64,000 bases of DNA, taken from the NCBI GenBank assembly GCA_036785375.1, contig JAWMAR010000289.1, forward strand, positions 2,542,001 to 2,606,000, given 5' to 3'. The notes beneath the pieces are model-generated. The model saw nothing but the letters and a program-made list of their open reading frames with translations. It did no database searches and was not told where the DNA came from. The stretch's first letter is position 1, and every line of letters begins with the position of its first letter. Below, one piece after another: positions 25,201 through 37,260 of the stretch. A program made the position numbers and the translations under genes. Origin of the DNA: Leucoraja ocellata. Its lineage: Eukaryota.

Positions 25201-25565
25201 ACTTGTACCTCCTCCAACCTCATCTACTGTATCCGCTGTTCCAGGTATCAACTTCTCGACATCGGTGAGACCAAGCGCAGGCTCGGCAAATGTTTTGCTG
25301 AACACCTCCGTTCAGTCCGTCTTAACTTACCTGATCTCCCGTTGCTCAGCAATTCAACTCCCCCTCCCATTCCCAATCTGACCTTTCTGTCCTGGGCCTC
25401 CTCCATTGTCAGAGTGAGGCCTAGCGCAAATTGGAAGAACAGCACCTCATATTTTGATTGGGTAGTTTACACCCCAGCGATATGAACATTGACTTCTCTA
25501 ACTTCAGATAGCCCTTGCTTTCCTTCTCTATCCCTTCCCCCTTCCCAGTTCTCCCACTAGTCTTA

Positions 25566-25821
25566 AGGGCCTGTTCCACTTGGCGATTTTCTTGGTGACT
25601 GCCGGCGTCATTGACTGATGTATCAGGGTGGCCGAAAGATTTTGAACATTTCAAAATCCAGCAGCGACAATAAAATGTTGCGACACTTGAGGAGACACCG
25701 CACGTCAATACGTCATCACGCTGCGTCACTGCCACATCACGCCGCAACTTTTTTGGTGACCTGATACGTCAGTCAATTATGCCAACAGTCACTGAAAAAA
25801 TTGCCAAGTGGGACAGGCCCT
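25566..25821. mobile_element. MITE, PIF/Harbinger-like
   Basis: ~60-bp imperfect TIRs AGGGCCTGTTCCACTTGGCGATTTT / AAAATTGCCAAGTGGGACAGGCCCT; 3-bp TTA TSD at 25563-25565 and 25822-25824. Confidence 0.85.
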
Positions 25822-27159
25822 TTACTGTCTCCAACTATATTCTATCTTTGTCCTGCCCCCTCCTTGACATCAGTCTGAAGGAGGGTCTCGACCTGAAACG
25901 TCACCCATTCCTTCTCTCCAGAGATGCTGCCTGACCTGCTGAATTACTCCAGCATTTTGTGTCTATCCACATGGACAACATCTGTAGCCTTGCCCTCATT
26001 TATCTTTTTGGTTACTTCTTCAAAAAATCAATCAGATTTGTAAGACATGATCTCTCACCCGTAAAAGCATGCTGATTTACCCAAGTCAGCTCCTCTCTAT
26101 CCAAATGCATACATACTGTATCTAATCCCTCGGAGTCCTCTCCAATATTTTGCCTACCACAGATGTTAGGCTCCCTGCTCTATAGTTCCAGGCTTTTCCT
26201 TGCAGCCCTTTTTTAAATAGAGCCCTTACATTAGCCACCTTCCTGTCTTCTGGGAACCTCACCCGTGTCTAATGATGATTCATATATCTCAGGCTGGGTC
26301 CTGCAAATTCTTCTGTAGCTTCCCAGTGTCTTCTGACATATCTGATCAGGCTTGGGAGTTTTATCTACTTTTGTAGATATGCGGGACATTTTTTTTTACA
26401 CAGAGTGATGAGTGCCTGGAATTTTCTGCCAGGGCTGGTGGTGGTGGCAGTTATAAGAGGAGCATTTAAGAGGCTTTTTAATTAGGCACACATGCAGTAA
26501 ATTGAGGGATGTGTATCATGTGTAGGCAGAGGCAAATAGTTTAACTTGGCATCTTGTTCGGTGCAGACATTGTGGCCTAAATCGCCTGTTTGTATGCCGT
26601 ATTGTTCTATGTTCACTGTATTTTATGTCACACAGAAAAGTAGTTCAATGTGTTTAGTTCAAGCATTCAAACTTTACTCTTGGGAGACTGTTGACACAAT
26701 CTGAGTTGGATTATCATGCATTATAATTTTATTATTTTACAAATGTGAAGCAGGCTTGCATCTCATGGTGAAAACATTGGGTTGAGCAGACCCGAGAAAT
26801 GACCAGCACTTTATGGCTCCATTAATGCTTCTCCGAAAATAGCCACTAAAAAGCGGGCCTGGCAAGTTAATTCTCATGTTAAACTCTGCTGTTTTACATC
26901 AAATCCCCCTCCATTTGTGAGGAGGTATTAATTTTAGACCAGTTAAACTCACAACAAGCAAATATTCACCTCCAGAAGCGATGAATTATTGGCAAGAAAT
27001 TAAGGATTCCCGATAATCTGGTAAACAGATGGTGCACAGCTTTATACAGGTTAAACCCTGCATGTCCTTGCACATACTTGCTTTATCATTGATGGCTATC
27101 GTCTTCAAAGCCAAGACCCTATGTTGTGGAATTCCCTTTCACTTTTCTTTAAACTTGTT

Positions 27160-28135
27160 GCTGGGCCAGTTACTGTTTGTCATCTTTATCAATGATTTGG
27201 ATGAGAACATACGTGGCAAGATTAGCAAGTTTGCTGATGATACAAAAGTGTGTGGTTTTGCAGATAGTGAAAATGGTTGTGAACAATTGCAGCAGGATCT
27301 TGATTGATTGGCCAGGTGGGCTGAGGAAAGGTTGATAGAATTTAAGTTGATAGAGAAATATGAGGTGTTGCATTTTGGGAAGTCTAACATAGGCAAGATC
27401 TATACAGTGAATGGTAGGACTGGGGAGTGTTGCAGAGCAAAGGGATCTAGGAGTGCAGGTGCACAGTTCCTTGAAGGTGGAGATGCAGCGAGACAGGGTG
27501 GTCAAAAAGGTTTTGGCACATTGGCCTTCATCAGTCAGAGTATTGAGTATAGAAGTCGGGAGGTGATGCTGCAGTTGTATAAGACATTGGTGAGACCGCA
27601 TTTAGAGTATTGTGTTCCGTTCTGGGCACCATGTTATAGGGAAGATGTTGTCAAGCTGGAAAGGGTACAGAGAAGATTTACGAGAATGTTGCCAGGAATA
27701 GAGGGTCGAGGTACAGGGAGAGGTTGAGTAGGCTGGGACTCTATTCCTTGGAGCGCAGAAGGATGAGGGGTGATCTTATAGAGGTATATAAAATCATGAG
27801 AGGAATAGAATGGGTAGATGCACAGTCTCTTGTCCAGATTAAGTGAATCGAGGACCCATGGATATAGGTTTACGGAGAAGGGGAAAAGATTTAATAGGAA
27901 TCTGCGGATAGCTTTTCCAAACAAAGGGTGGTGAGTGTATGAAACAAGTTGGCAGAGGTGGTATTTGAGGCTGGGACTATCACAACGTTTAAGAAACAGT
28001 TAGACAGGTACATGGATGGGACAGGTTTGGAGGGATATGGACCAAATGCGGTCAGGTGGGACTAGTGTGGATGGGACCTGTAGGTTGGTGTGGACAAGTT
28101 AGGCCGAAGGGCTTGTTTCCATGCTGTATGACCTC
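27160..28135 (+). mobile_element. 5'-truncated CR1 (HER1-like), frameshifted
   Basis: LFVIFINDLD, ISKFADDTKV, YKTLVRPHLEYCV, LERVQRRFTRMLPG; tail GGCCGAAGGGCTTGTTTCCATGCTGTATGAC. Confidence 0.9.
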
Positions 28136-29604
28136 ATCTCTGTTAAGGCTCTACTTAAAACCAGTCATCAGTCCAACAATGATACCCTTCTGTGGTTTAA
28201 TGTCAAACTTCACCCAATAATTGCCTTGCACAAGCTCCCTGGGTTTCTTGCCAATTGGTATTTTTGCCATAGTATGTTAAAATAGCTAAGGATGGAGGTT
28301 AAAAGAGGCACAGAACTTTTATTAGGTTAGTTGTCTAATTCATGTAGAGCAACAGTCAACAAAGTCAATAAATATTGAATAATGTAATTAAGTGGACGTT
28401 CTGATGAAGCTACGTCGTGCTCTGGTCAAGACAGTAGCTAGGGCAGAAGAAAATCTCATGTATTAAAAGACAGTGCAGAGATGAACAAAGCTGCTAACAG
28501 TTCACCAGTTAACAGTGTGAAGGTGCCTGCTTAGACAATGGCTGCTCAGTCTGGAAAGAAGGTACAAGGATTGACTTTCCTCATCCATTATGGATTTGGT
28601 AACCTTTCTGGACTCAGCGAAATGTTCATTCCCCATTGCCCAGTGAAATTAACAGAAAAAAGCAATTAAATATCTAAAGACAGATTTTAACCTGGAAATG
28701 TCATCTTTTATAACTTAAGTAATCACAGCACCTCATTAACTGCAAAATAACTTTAAGCTAATAATGAGTTTAAAGCAGAATCTTCGCAACACAAACAGAG
28801 AATAAAGTATTTCCTTTTAATTACTAGGATCTGGTAATGGAAGATTTGTTTGCTTGTTTACCTTTAAAGCTATTGGCCACTTAGATGTGGAGTTACATGT
28901 CCTGGCCTCGGGCTCCTGCTAGACTGGAGTCTCGGAGCAAGAGCCATATGGCTAAATGACAGCTCATTTGGCAAACAAACAAGCACAATCTCACAATCTC
29001 AACAGCGAAAGGCACTGGAGGTTGATTATTTTAAAAGCATTTTTATTAGGAATATTACAGAAAACATTGCGCAATCACTCTTTTTTTAAGTTGACGCATA
29101 AGTTATTTCATCAAATGCTTATATTCATGTCCCGTAAATTCCTTAACTAACAGAAACACTTGAACGATATATTAAGGATAGTATCAGTTGCCATCTACTG
29201 ATTTCCCTATAACAGTAATTGTTTCTACAATACTGTAATAGTAAACCTGGCTTCCACTAAACGCTATACAAATCTCCAGTTTTATTAATTTGTTTACAAT
29301 AGGAAACATCACTGGCAATGTTGCTATTTATTGTCCATTTATAATTGTCTCTGAAGTAAGGAGGAAACTAAGAGTGTAAAAAGCATACCACCAAACCTCA
29401 ATTTCTACTTCAAAAATCTGTTTAGATATTTAACTGCTTTGTTCTGTTTATTTCACTGGGCAATGGGGAATGAACTTTTTGCTGAGTCCAACACAACTGG
29501 TGTCTATGGTTTGCTTTGAGTTTCTCTGGAAATTTGACTGGGCATCGCCTTATCCTTCTTGGCAATTATTCTTCCCAACTGAGCTCACCAGAATTGCGTG
29601 AGCA

Positions 29605-29815
29605 AAACTATCAAGGCCAGCATTTATTGCCCCACCCTCACTGCCTTTGAGAAGATGGTGTTGAGTCAAAGTATTGAACCACTGTAATCCTTCTAATTAA
29701 GAGGTCTTTCACTGCGCTGCTGAGGGGAGCTGGGCCCAGGCGATGATGAAGGGCTGACAATATATTTCCAAGGTAGTGTTGCGTGTTACTTTAAGCAGAA
29801 ATTACAATGATGGCA
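29605..29815 (-). mobile_element. old LINE (CR1/L2-group) 3' fragment
   Basis: Reverse-complement homology to 51590-51870 (CAAGGCCAGCATTTATTGCCC...TTGAGAAGATGGTG). Confidence 0.5.
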
Positions 29816-29910
29816 CTCTTTATGGGAAACATAGAAATTGTGTTAGACACAGAAATGAGATCTATATTAGGCTGCGTCAACTCAAATTTGCAGAAAAACA
29901 CAGGAAAATT

Positions 29911-30217
29911 AGAGAGACATAAAATGCTGGAGTAACTGTGGGTTAGGCAGCATCTCTGGAGAAAAGGAATAGGTGACGTTTCGGGTCAAGACTCTTCTTC
30001 AGTTTAAGATTCAGGGAGGGCGAAACTAGAGTTATGGGAAGGTACAGTCTGAAGAAGGGTCTCAACCTGAAAGGTCACCTATACCTTTTCTCCAGAGATG
30101 CTGCTTGACCCACAGAGTTACTCCAGTATCCAGTGTCTATTTCTATGCCTGACCCACAGAGTTACTCCAGTATCTATCTTCAGTTTAAACCACCATTTGC
30201 AGTTTCTTCCTACACAT
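29911..30217. mobile_element. PLE fold-back palindrome with spacer and internal duplication
   Basis: Left arm 29911-30002 is inverted to the right arm from 30045; TGACCCACAGAGTTACTCCAGTATC duplicated; tail on right arm only. Confidence 0.82.
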
Positions 30218-30684
30218 GAAACTATAAATAGTTGATGCATTTCACATAGAGGAATGTCAATTCTGTATCGTTTGGTGAAATAGACAGAGAAAGCAATCGT
30301 TTGTTGGCACAGACTTGCTGTGTGGAAATTGAGAATTTCACCATTTTCACAGAAGGTTATGTCCCATAGGTGCAATCTATATATAAAATAACATTTTATT
30401 TTGTTATTCTTATGACCAGAATTTATTTGTGCATGTGTGTGTGCACTTGGAGGAAGAAGGACAGTAGAGTATAGGGTGACAAATATAATTTGATCTTGAT
30501 GTAAAGTATTGTTTGAATGTGGGATAATGCCACTTCGTGATTGTAGTATGGTTTTTAATATGCCAAGCGATGCTTCTGACGTAGATGCAACTTACATAGG
30601 GTCAGACATTAAGGCATATTGTTGCATTTTTTGTCTCTCATCTCTGTGTGGTCTTGTCTGTATCATGGCATCTGTGATAGGATT

Positions 30685-31005
30685 AAAGAGGATGCTTCCA
30701 GTAGTGGGAGAGTCTAGGACCAGAGGGCACAGCCTCAATAAAAGAACGCACCTTTAGATTGAAGATGTGGAGGAATTTCTTTCGCCAGAGGGTGGTGAAT
30801 CTATGGAATTCATTGCCACAGTCGGCTGTGGAAATCAACTCATTGGGTATTTTCAAAGCAGAGATTTATAGGGTCTCGATTAGTAGGGGTGTCAAAGGCT
30901 GCAGGCAGAAGGCAGGAGTTGGGGTTGAGAGGTAAAAATAGATCAGCTATGATGTAAAGGCGGTGCAGACTAAATGGACTAATTTTGCTCCTATGTCTTA
31001 TGAAC
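30685..31005 (+). mobile_element. CR1 3' end
   Basis: RMLPVVGESRTRGHSL, CAGAGGGTGGTGAATCTATGGAATTC, tail CTCCTATGTCTTATG. Confidence 0.8.
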
Positions 31006-33419
31006 TCATATTGAACCTGTTGAAGTAGACCCTGGGGTTCTGGTACAGAAAATAATTACATATTATTACAGAAGATCTTATTTTCATTTTAAAAGAAGAC
31101 TGCAGAAGTAATAATGAAGGGTAGGTTCATTGCAGTACAACACCATGGAAACTCCACAATCCTTGTGTAGCAATGTCACAGAGAGGTTAGTCGGTAATTA
31201 AAAATGTAAATCAAGATATTGACAATGAGAGAATGGTGAAAATATTCCCAACCAAAGCATCTTTCATTTTAAACCATATTTATATGAAAAGAGTTGTGGT
31301 GGAGCTGCATGATTAGTCACGGGATTACTTTTCTGCAGATTTGGACAGTTAAATGAGCATTTTGGCTGTGAACGTTACACTGAAGTAAATCATATACTGA
31401 AACGCCTCAAAAATCCTTTCAACAAGGTAAAATACATAGTTGAAGCCATCATCACAACTATTTAATTCGAAAATAACAATGATGTAATCTAACAGCATCC
31501 CCTTCTCTGCTTTTGCCCCTACGTGGGAGGGAGTCAAACAGTCCACAATCATTCACTGTAGTTACAAATTTTGCTCTGGAAAAAGTAACAAGCAATAATT
31601 TCTCCTCAAAATGAGATATGTAGTCGCAAGCATAACGATACATTGTTGCAGCCTTTTTCTACATTTCTACATGAGTTGTTCTCACAGAGATTTCAAACGT
31701 AGTGAATTGACCATCAGAACTGATTAATCTCTTTTCACGTTTTTCTCATGTTGAGGACACAGCACTACCTATCTGGCAAGTGATTGTAAAATTAAACATT
31801 GTTCCCTTTTCAATGGGAACCAAGTAATGTATCTAGGTCTAACAGAACAAATCTTAGCGTTCTAACGTCTGCAATCCCATGGGTCCTTCAACACTTGCTC
31901 CGTTGAAAACTCTTTATGCACACAAAGTTGAAAAGTAAGGAAAGGTGACAGCTAAACTTCTCGACTCAACGGTCAAAAAGTTAGAAGTTCAGGTCTCACT
32001 CCGGTGTCCCAAGCACTACGTCTAGCCTGATTAGGGCAGTGCAGTAATGAAAGAATACATTATGGTTGTAGGTGCTAATATTTGAACATTTTATTGGTTC
32101 TCTCAGCAAGGTCCCCAAACCAGCAATAGAACTAAATGTATTCCATGCTTATTATATTGTCGACAATTTTGTGGCTGTGAAATTAATTGGGACATTTTGA
32201 TGTCATGCATATGCTGCCACCCAGACAGTTATGACTGTTGTTTCTCCTGTTCCAACATAATGAAAGTGCAACTTCTTTTTTGGACCTCTAACTTTCAAAA
32301 AGGAATAATTATTTCCTTGAGAATGGTAATTTAAGTAAGCATGACATACATCAGTTTAAATGCAATCGTATGAGCTTGGCCTGATGACACAGCTCCCAAT
32401 GTTCTGCTGTTGCGAAGGATGCTGCATTTAAGTGACAAAGAAACTCTTGAATTGTTACCTAGCTGATCAAATCAAACTCTGTGTATTAATCAAGATGGTT
32501 TGATGTGAGATTCCTACTAAGTAGGAGTGGTTGGTTATTTACTTGTTGGGTATGAGTGAATTCTGCAGCCATTGAGATGATAAGATGCCTGTGCTAGTGA
32601 TCAAACAACACTTTCTTCACATCTTGGTATCAAACGCTGCTGTACGTTAGATATGGAATAACATTTCCTCAATTCTATCGACATCACCTCCTGCTGCATC
32701 ATAGTGACTTTCTACTTCCCACACCCAACCCAACTGACCTAAGTAAGAGGAGTTCACTGATTCACCATCAACCCTTGCCAATTTGTGGTCAGTGTCACAC
32801 CTGGATTCCCAAACACATTCCTTTGAGGAACCTCATTCTTACTTCAAAAAACTGAAAGGAATACTCCTATTTTTTGGAATACAAAAACTGTTTAAAAAAA
32901 AATTCATATTTGCTTTATTTAAAAATGTTCTAGCTTCATGCCAAAGCAAAATAAATCTTTGCTGCGTTAATGCAACAGTCTAATAGGACATAGCCCAGGA
33001 AGAAACCATTGTCAACCAAGGCTGGCTGCCCATTAGGTTTAATTCCTGCAGACTCTGGCTGCCGCCTGGAGCCATAAGTACATGGCAGGAATAGGGCAAG
33101 GTTCATTCATCAGAATATATTGTCGGACCACTGTGCTCTCACTTGGAGCGCCAAATTCAACTTACTTTAACCGGCAGTTTGAAAGGATGTCAACTGGAAT
33201 CAAATAAAGTGAAAAATACCAGCGGAATTTAAATAAAAACGTAGCAAAACTCTGACATGATTTTGTTTTATCAGTGGTGTGTTTAAACATTCTATTCTCT
33301 TATATGCTTAATAACGTGCTTACTTTTTAATGGGTTGGTGGTCGTCATTGCAAAAGAATGGGAATAGTTTATAACTAAACTTGCAAATGTTTTTATTAAA
33401 GCAAAATATTGTACATGTG

Positions 33420-33590
33420 AAAACAAACCAAAAAAGTGCTGGAACTACTCAGCAGATCTGGCAGCAAATGTGGAGAGGCAAACAGATTTATAGTTTCAAA
33501 TGATGAAAGGTCAATGGCACAAATATTAACTCTATTTCTCCCTTCAATGATACTGCCTGCCCTGCCGATCACCAGGCATTTTCTGTTTCC
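33420..33590. mobile_element. old PLE pLTR palindrome
   Basis: GTGCTGGAACTACTCAGCAGATCTGGCAGC left arm; TGATGAAAGGTCA core; TTAACTCTATTTCTC...GCATTTTCTGTTT right arm. Confidence 0.6.
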
Positions 33591-33834
33591 ATGCTGTGAA
33601 CATTTTTGGTTCACTGAACCTTGAGGATAGTTAATGCAACTTTGTAAAAGGTAGGTGGGTGTTTGCTGTTTGGCACAAATACAGTGGATCAAATGGCCAG
33701 TTTTCCTCTGTGATTGAAATTCTTATCAAGGTGTGCAAGGTACCCAATGTGGTGGAACTCCCTTGTGTGCAAGGTACCCTATGTGGTGGAACTCTTTCAT
33801 TTGCTCTACTGTTTTGTGCTTGGCAAATTCATGC

Positions 33835-34170
33835 TTTATTCAGTTAGTAAACATATACAATACATGAACCATGCAAAAAAATTCATCCGATATATTCGGC
33901 TATACAAACATTCAATACTGTTTACATACACTGCTCAAATTTCACAAATTTCACAAATTTATCCCCCCCACCCATGTAGCCCACTGGCGTGGAATCCCGT
34001 CCCTTATTTTGAAGGGTGTCTCCACCACACCCTGCCCCCCATGTCCAGCAACAGAAGGTCCTTAGACTGTGGTGTTCCCCCACCGAGCTTTGGTGTTGGC
34101 TGCACCAAGCTTCAGTGCGTCCATCAGCACATACTATTGCAATCTGCAGCGGGCCAGTCGGCAACATTCC
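33835..34170 (-). mobile_element. Tx1-like 3' end (same family as 15945-17070)
   Basis: Reverse complement aligns to ~16690-17037. Confidence 0.85.
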
Positions 34171-34171
34171 C

Positions 34172-34576
34172 CCACCAGCGCGGCCCGAGGACTACAGGCG
34201 CCGCAGTGTCCGGGGAGGGAGCGGCTGCTTCAGACATTTCCAAGCTGCTGAGGAGTGTTTCACCCGACGCCGGAGTTCCAGCTTCCCGGCAAGAAGGCCT
34301 GAAAACATCGGACTGGCTGCGGAGGCCACAAATAGACCCCGACCTCGGGTGGACTATGAGGAGGAGGAGAACTGGACTTTTTGGTGCCTTCCCTCACAGT
34401 GGATTCTGCTGTGGGGGGACGATTCATGTTGAATCCTATAGTGTACTGTGTCTTTTTTATTTTTTATTTTATATGGATGTATGGAAATCTAATTTCTTCT
34501 CTGTAAAGCACTTTGACTTCAACGTGATTTGATTTAAAAGTGCTATATAACTAAAAATTACTTACTTACTTACTAC
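34172..34576 (+). mobile_element. unclassified GC-rich non-autonomous retroelement with L2-like tail
   Basis: CpG-rich body; stem AGCACTTT(34507-34514)/AAAGTGCT(34537-34544), TATATAA, (TTAC)n tail. Confidence 0.5.
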
Positions 34577-35129
34577 TCTATAAAGCCATGATTAGGCCAC
34601 ACCTGGAGTACTGAGAGCTAATCATGGGCACTGCAATTTAACAAGGGTGTATTAGGAAGGGTGTACTATCTGTGGGAGAACAGTATAGATTTACCAAATT
34701 TATGCCTGAAATATTAAATATTCAGAACTAAGATCATTTTCTCTAAATTCTTCAGGAGTAAACTTTTTTAAATAGTAAAGAGTGAGCAGAGAGAAAAAAA
34801 AAAATTTCTGGTGGGAGGGTCTAAGATTAGGTGTCAGTTGCTAATTTTAAATCCGAGATTGAAAAGGCACTAGGAAAAATGAGAAAAGATAGGCAAATTT
34901 GGTGATAGGAAATTAGCCATAATCTTTTGGTAGAATTGCCTTTAAGAGCTCCCGGTCCGATGTAATTGTGATCTTGGAATTGGAGTACATAATCGGAGAA
35001 TGGGAGGTTATTTATAAATATAATTCAAATATATAAATTATAGGCACAATAGCACAGTGCAAATTTGAGAAAATCTGATGGGACATACCTACAGCTAATA
35101 TCTTTAATAATTAAATATAGAATAAAAAG

Positions 35130-35545
35130 ACATATTTAGAAAGCATTCTTCATAACTGGAATATCCCAAATTGACAAACAAATGCAGACGAAGGCTCAAA
35201 GTGCTGGAGTTACTCAGTGAGTCAGGCAGCATCTCTGATGATCATTTATAGGTGATGTTTTGGCTCAGGACTGACAATCAAATACATTTATTATGAATTT
35301 TGTTATTTGTTCCGATTAAGGAAAACAGCTAATTTGTAAATAATGTGATCTTATGAATGATTTGACTTTGTGATGTTGGTTGAGGGATAACAATTGGCTA
35401 AGGATCAAGAGAGAATTCACCAGCCCATCTTCAGAATAATGCCAGGTGACATCTTGCCCACCCAGGACAATGGACACAATCTCGCCCCTTGAAAAAACAC
35501 CACCCACAACATTGCAACAATGCCTCAGTACTGTTCTTCGTACCA
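35130..35545 (-). mobile_element. DeuSINE interrupted by a pLTR remnant (~35185-35273)
   Basis: GTGATGTTGGTTGAGGGATAA..TTGGC and CCTCAGTACTG (Deu reverse); insert GTGCTGGAGTTACTCAGTGAGTCAGGCAGCATCTCTG. Confidence 0.65.
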
Positions 35546-36419
35546 TCCTGGATTATATCTGAAACAAGACTTGCTCTCTCACACCAGGGGCATATTCTAA
35601 GTGGGAGTGATCAAGCAGGGACACATAACTGTGCAAACTAATCTGCCAGCCAGCTCAGGGCATATTGGTATAGTGTGAAGCATGTGGGTTTAACATTGAT
35701 GCTTAAAAGAGATCTAATTTAACCTCCCAGACATATCCTTTAAACTAAAGAGGTGAAACTGCTTACCTTGGCAGATACAGATTAAATGTTCACCTGGGAT
35801 TTAAAATCTCATACCCCGCCCACATTTCTGAGCATCATGGGACCCCCATCACATAAACCATCTCCGTGACCCAATCAACATTCCAATGGGCCTGAAAATG
35901 CCGTGGCATGCGTGTGCCTCATTATAAACATATGAAACACATCTTTCTTCACCAGATGAGGCAATACGCCTTACCCTAATCAACTAGGAATGCGGGAGTC
36001 CAGGTTTTTGAGCTAGCTATATACATTTCTCAATGGCAGAGAGACCAAATGAAACCATCGTGGTAGTCACAATGAGATTTCATGAAGCATAGGCTGATGA
36101 TGACAAGAGGTACACCAGGTGAGTCATCTACTGGATCCCAATAGATCAGGTTTGCAGTCCTTAAGGAACGTAAATCACTTCTTATTATCAAATGCTTTCC
36201 TAATAAATAATACGTTGTGTTCCTGGCAGCCAACATCCAATCCCTTCTGTAGCCAGGGAAGGGCAAGAAAGCTCTTAACTATCCCTTGCAACATGGATAA
36301 TGTCGGAAAAAGATTTGCTTGTGGTTTCTGTGCCTGGTAATGTCGATGGATAAATATTTGTCCTGTACAGTCTGAGGAGTGGGCTGGATCATATTTTGTT
36401 ACCTGGTGGTATATTAGGA

Positions 36420-36542
36420 GAATGGGGAGGAATATGAGAATGGGGTTAGGAGGGAGAGATAGACCAGTCATGATTGAATGGTGGAGGAGACTTGATGGAC
36501 CTAATGGCCTAATTCTACTCCTATCACTTATGATCTTATGAT
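36420..36542 (+). mobile_element. CR1 3' tail
   Basis: CATGATTGAATGG...AATGGCCTAATTCTACTCCTATCACTTATGATCTTATG. Confidence 0.7.
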
Positions 36543-36679
36543 TAGGCCTGGTTTATAACCAACAGGCAATGCCACACAGTAGCCAAACACATTTCAGGTC
36601 CTCATCTTTTGTTTGAAAACAAAAGTACATTTCTTCCCTCATCTTTATTTCATTGTATTAAGGCAGGAGTATTGACTTA

Positions 36680-36900
36680 AAGCCATGCAGCACAGAAACA
36701 GGCCTTTCTGCCCACCAGGTCCATGCTGACCATTCTAGACTCTCCCCCTCGTCTACACATCAAGACAATGTACAATGGCCACTTAGCCAAACAAAGTGCA
36801 GGTTTTTGGGGTTTAAAATCCAAGTAGTCACAGAATACTGTGAATATACTACTTCACATAGACAGCACCAAAAGTCAGTACTTGCACCATTGTGCTGACC
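36680..36900 (-). mobile_element. degenerate SINE
   Basis: CAGCACAGAAACAGGCCTTTCTGCCCACC (reverse of tail) to GCACCATTGTGCTGACCC (reverse of head). Confidence 0.55.
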
Positions 36901-36979
36901 CAATGTTGCTTATTACATTTTCAAAAGCATTTTGTATCTGGCAGAGCATCTGATGCAAATGTAATTCTTCTTAAAGTTT

Positions 36980-37260
36980 GGTGGCACAGTGGTAGAGTTG
37001 CTGCCTTACTGCGCCAGAGACCCGGGTTCGATCCTGACCACAGGTGCCGTCTGTACAGAGTTAGTATGTTCTCCCCATGACCTGCATGGGTTTTCTCTGA
37101 GTGCTCCAGTTTCCTCCTGCACTCCAAAACCACACAGCTTTGTAGATTAATTAGCTTCGGTAAAATTGTAAATTATCCCTCGTGTAGGACAGTGTTAGTG
37201 TGCGGGGATCGCTGGTCGGTACAGATCGGTGGGCCGAAGTGTCTCTAAACAAAACTAAAC
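36980..37260 (+). mobile_element. HE1-like V-SINE
   Basis: TGGCACAGTGGTAGAG, GGTTCGATCC, V-domain, (CTAAA)n tail. Confidence 0.85.

Larger units (their letters stand above)
24683..25964 (+). mobile_element. 5'-truncated PLE (GIY-YIG pseudogene) with inverted pLTR
   Basis: VLTFHP, PGTFPCNCRRCNACP, SSNLIYCIRCSR..IGETKRRLG..FAEHLRS; inverted tail-bearing pLTR at left; TSD ATCCACAT(A/G)GACAA at 24669-24682 and 25965-25978. Confidence 0.88.
24170..26615. mobile_element. rearranged CR1 nest: + fragment (24170-24305), inverted RT-core fragment (~24320-26350), + 3' end (~26378-26615)
   Basis: + strand FWAPHHWKDVEAL; - strand QHAFTGERSCLTNL, FEEVTKKINEGK, SKAFVKVPH; + strand CR1 tail ending GTTCTATGTTC. 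Confidence 0.7.

Noticed and set aside
33714-34532. 272-aa ORF
   Set aside because: Runs across an antisense Tx1 UTR and another repeat; chance open frame
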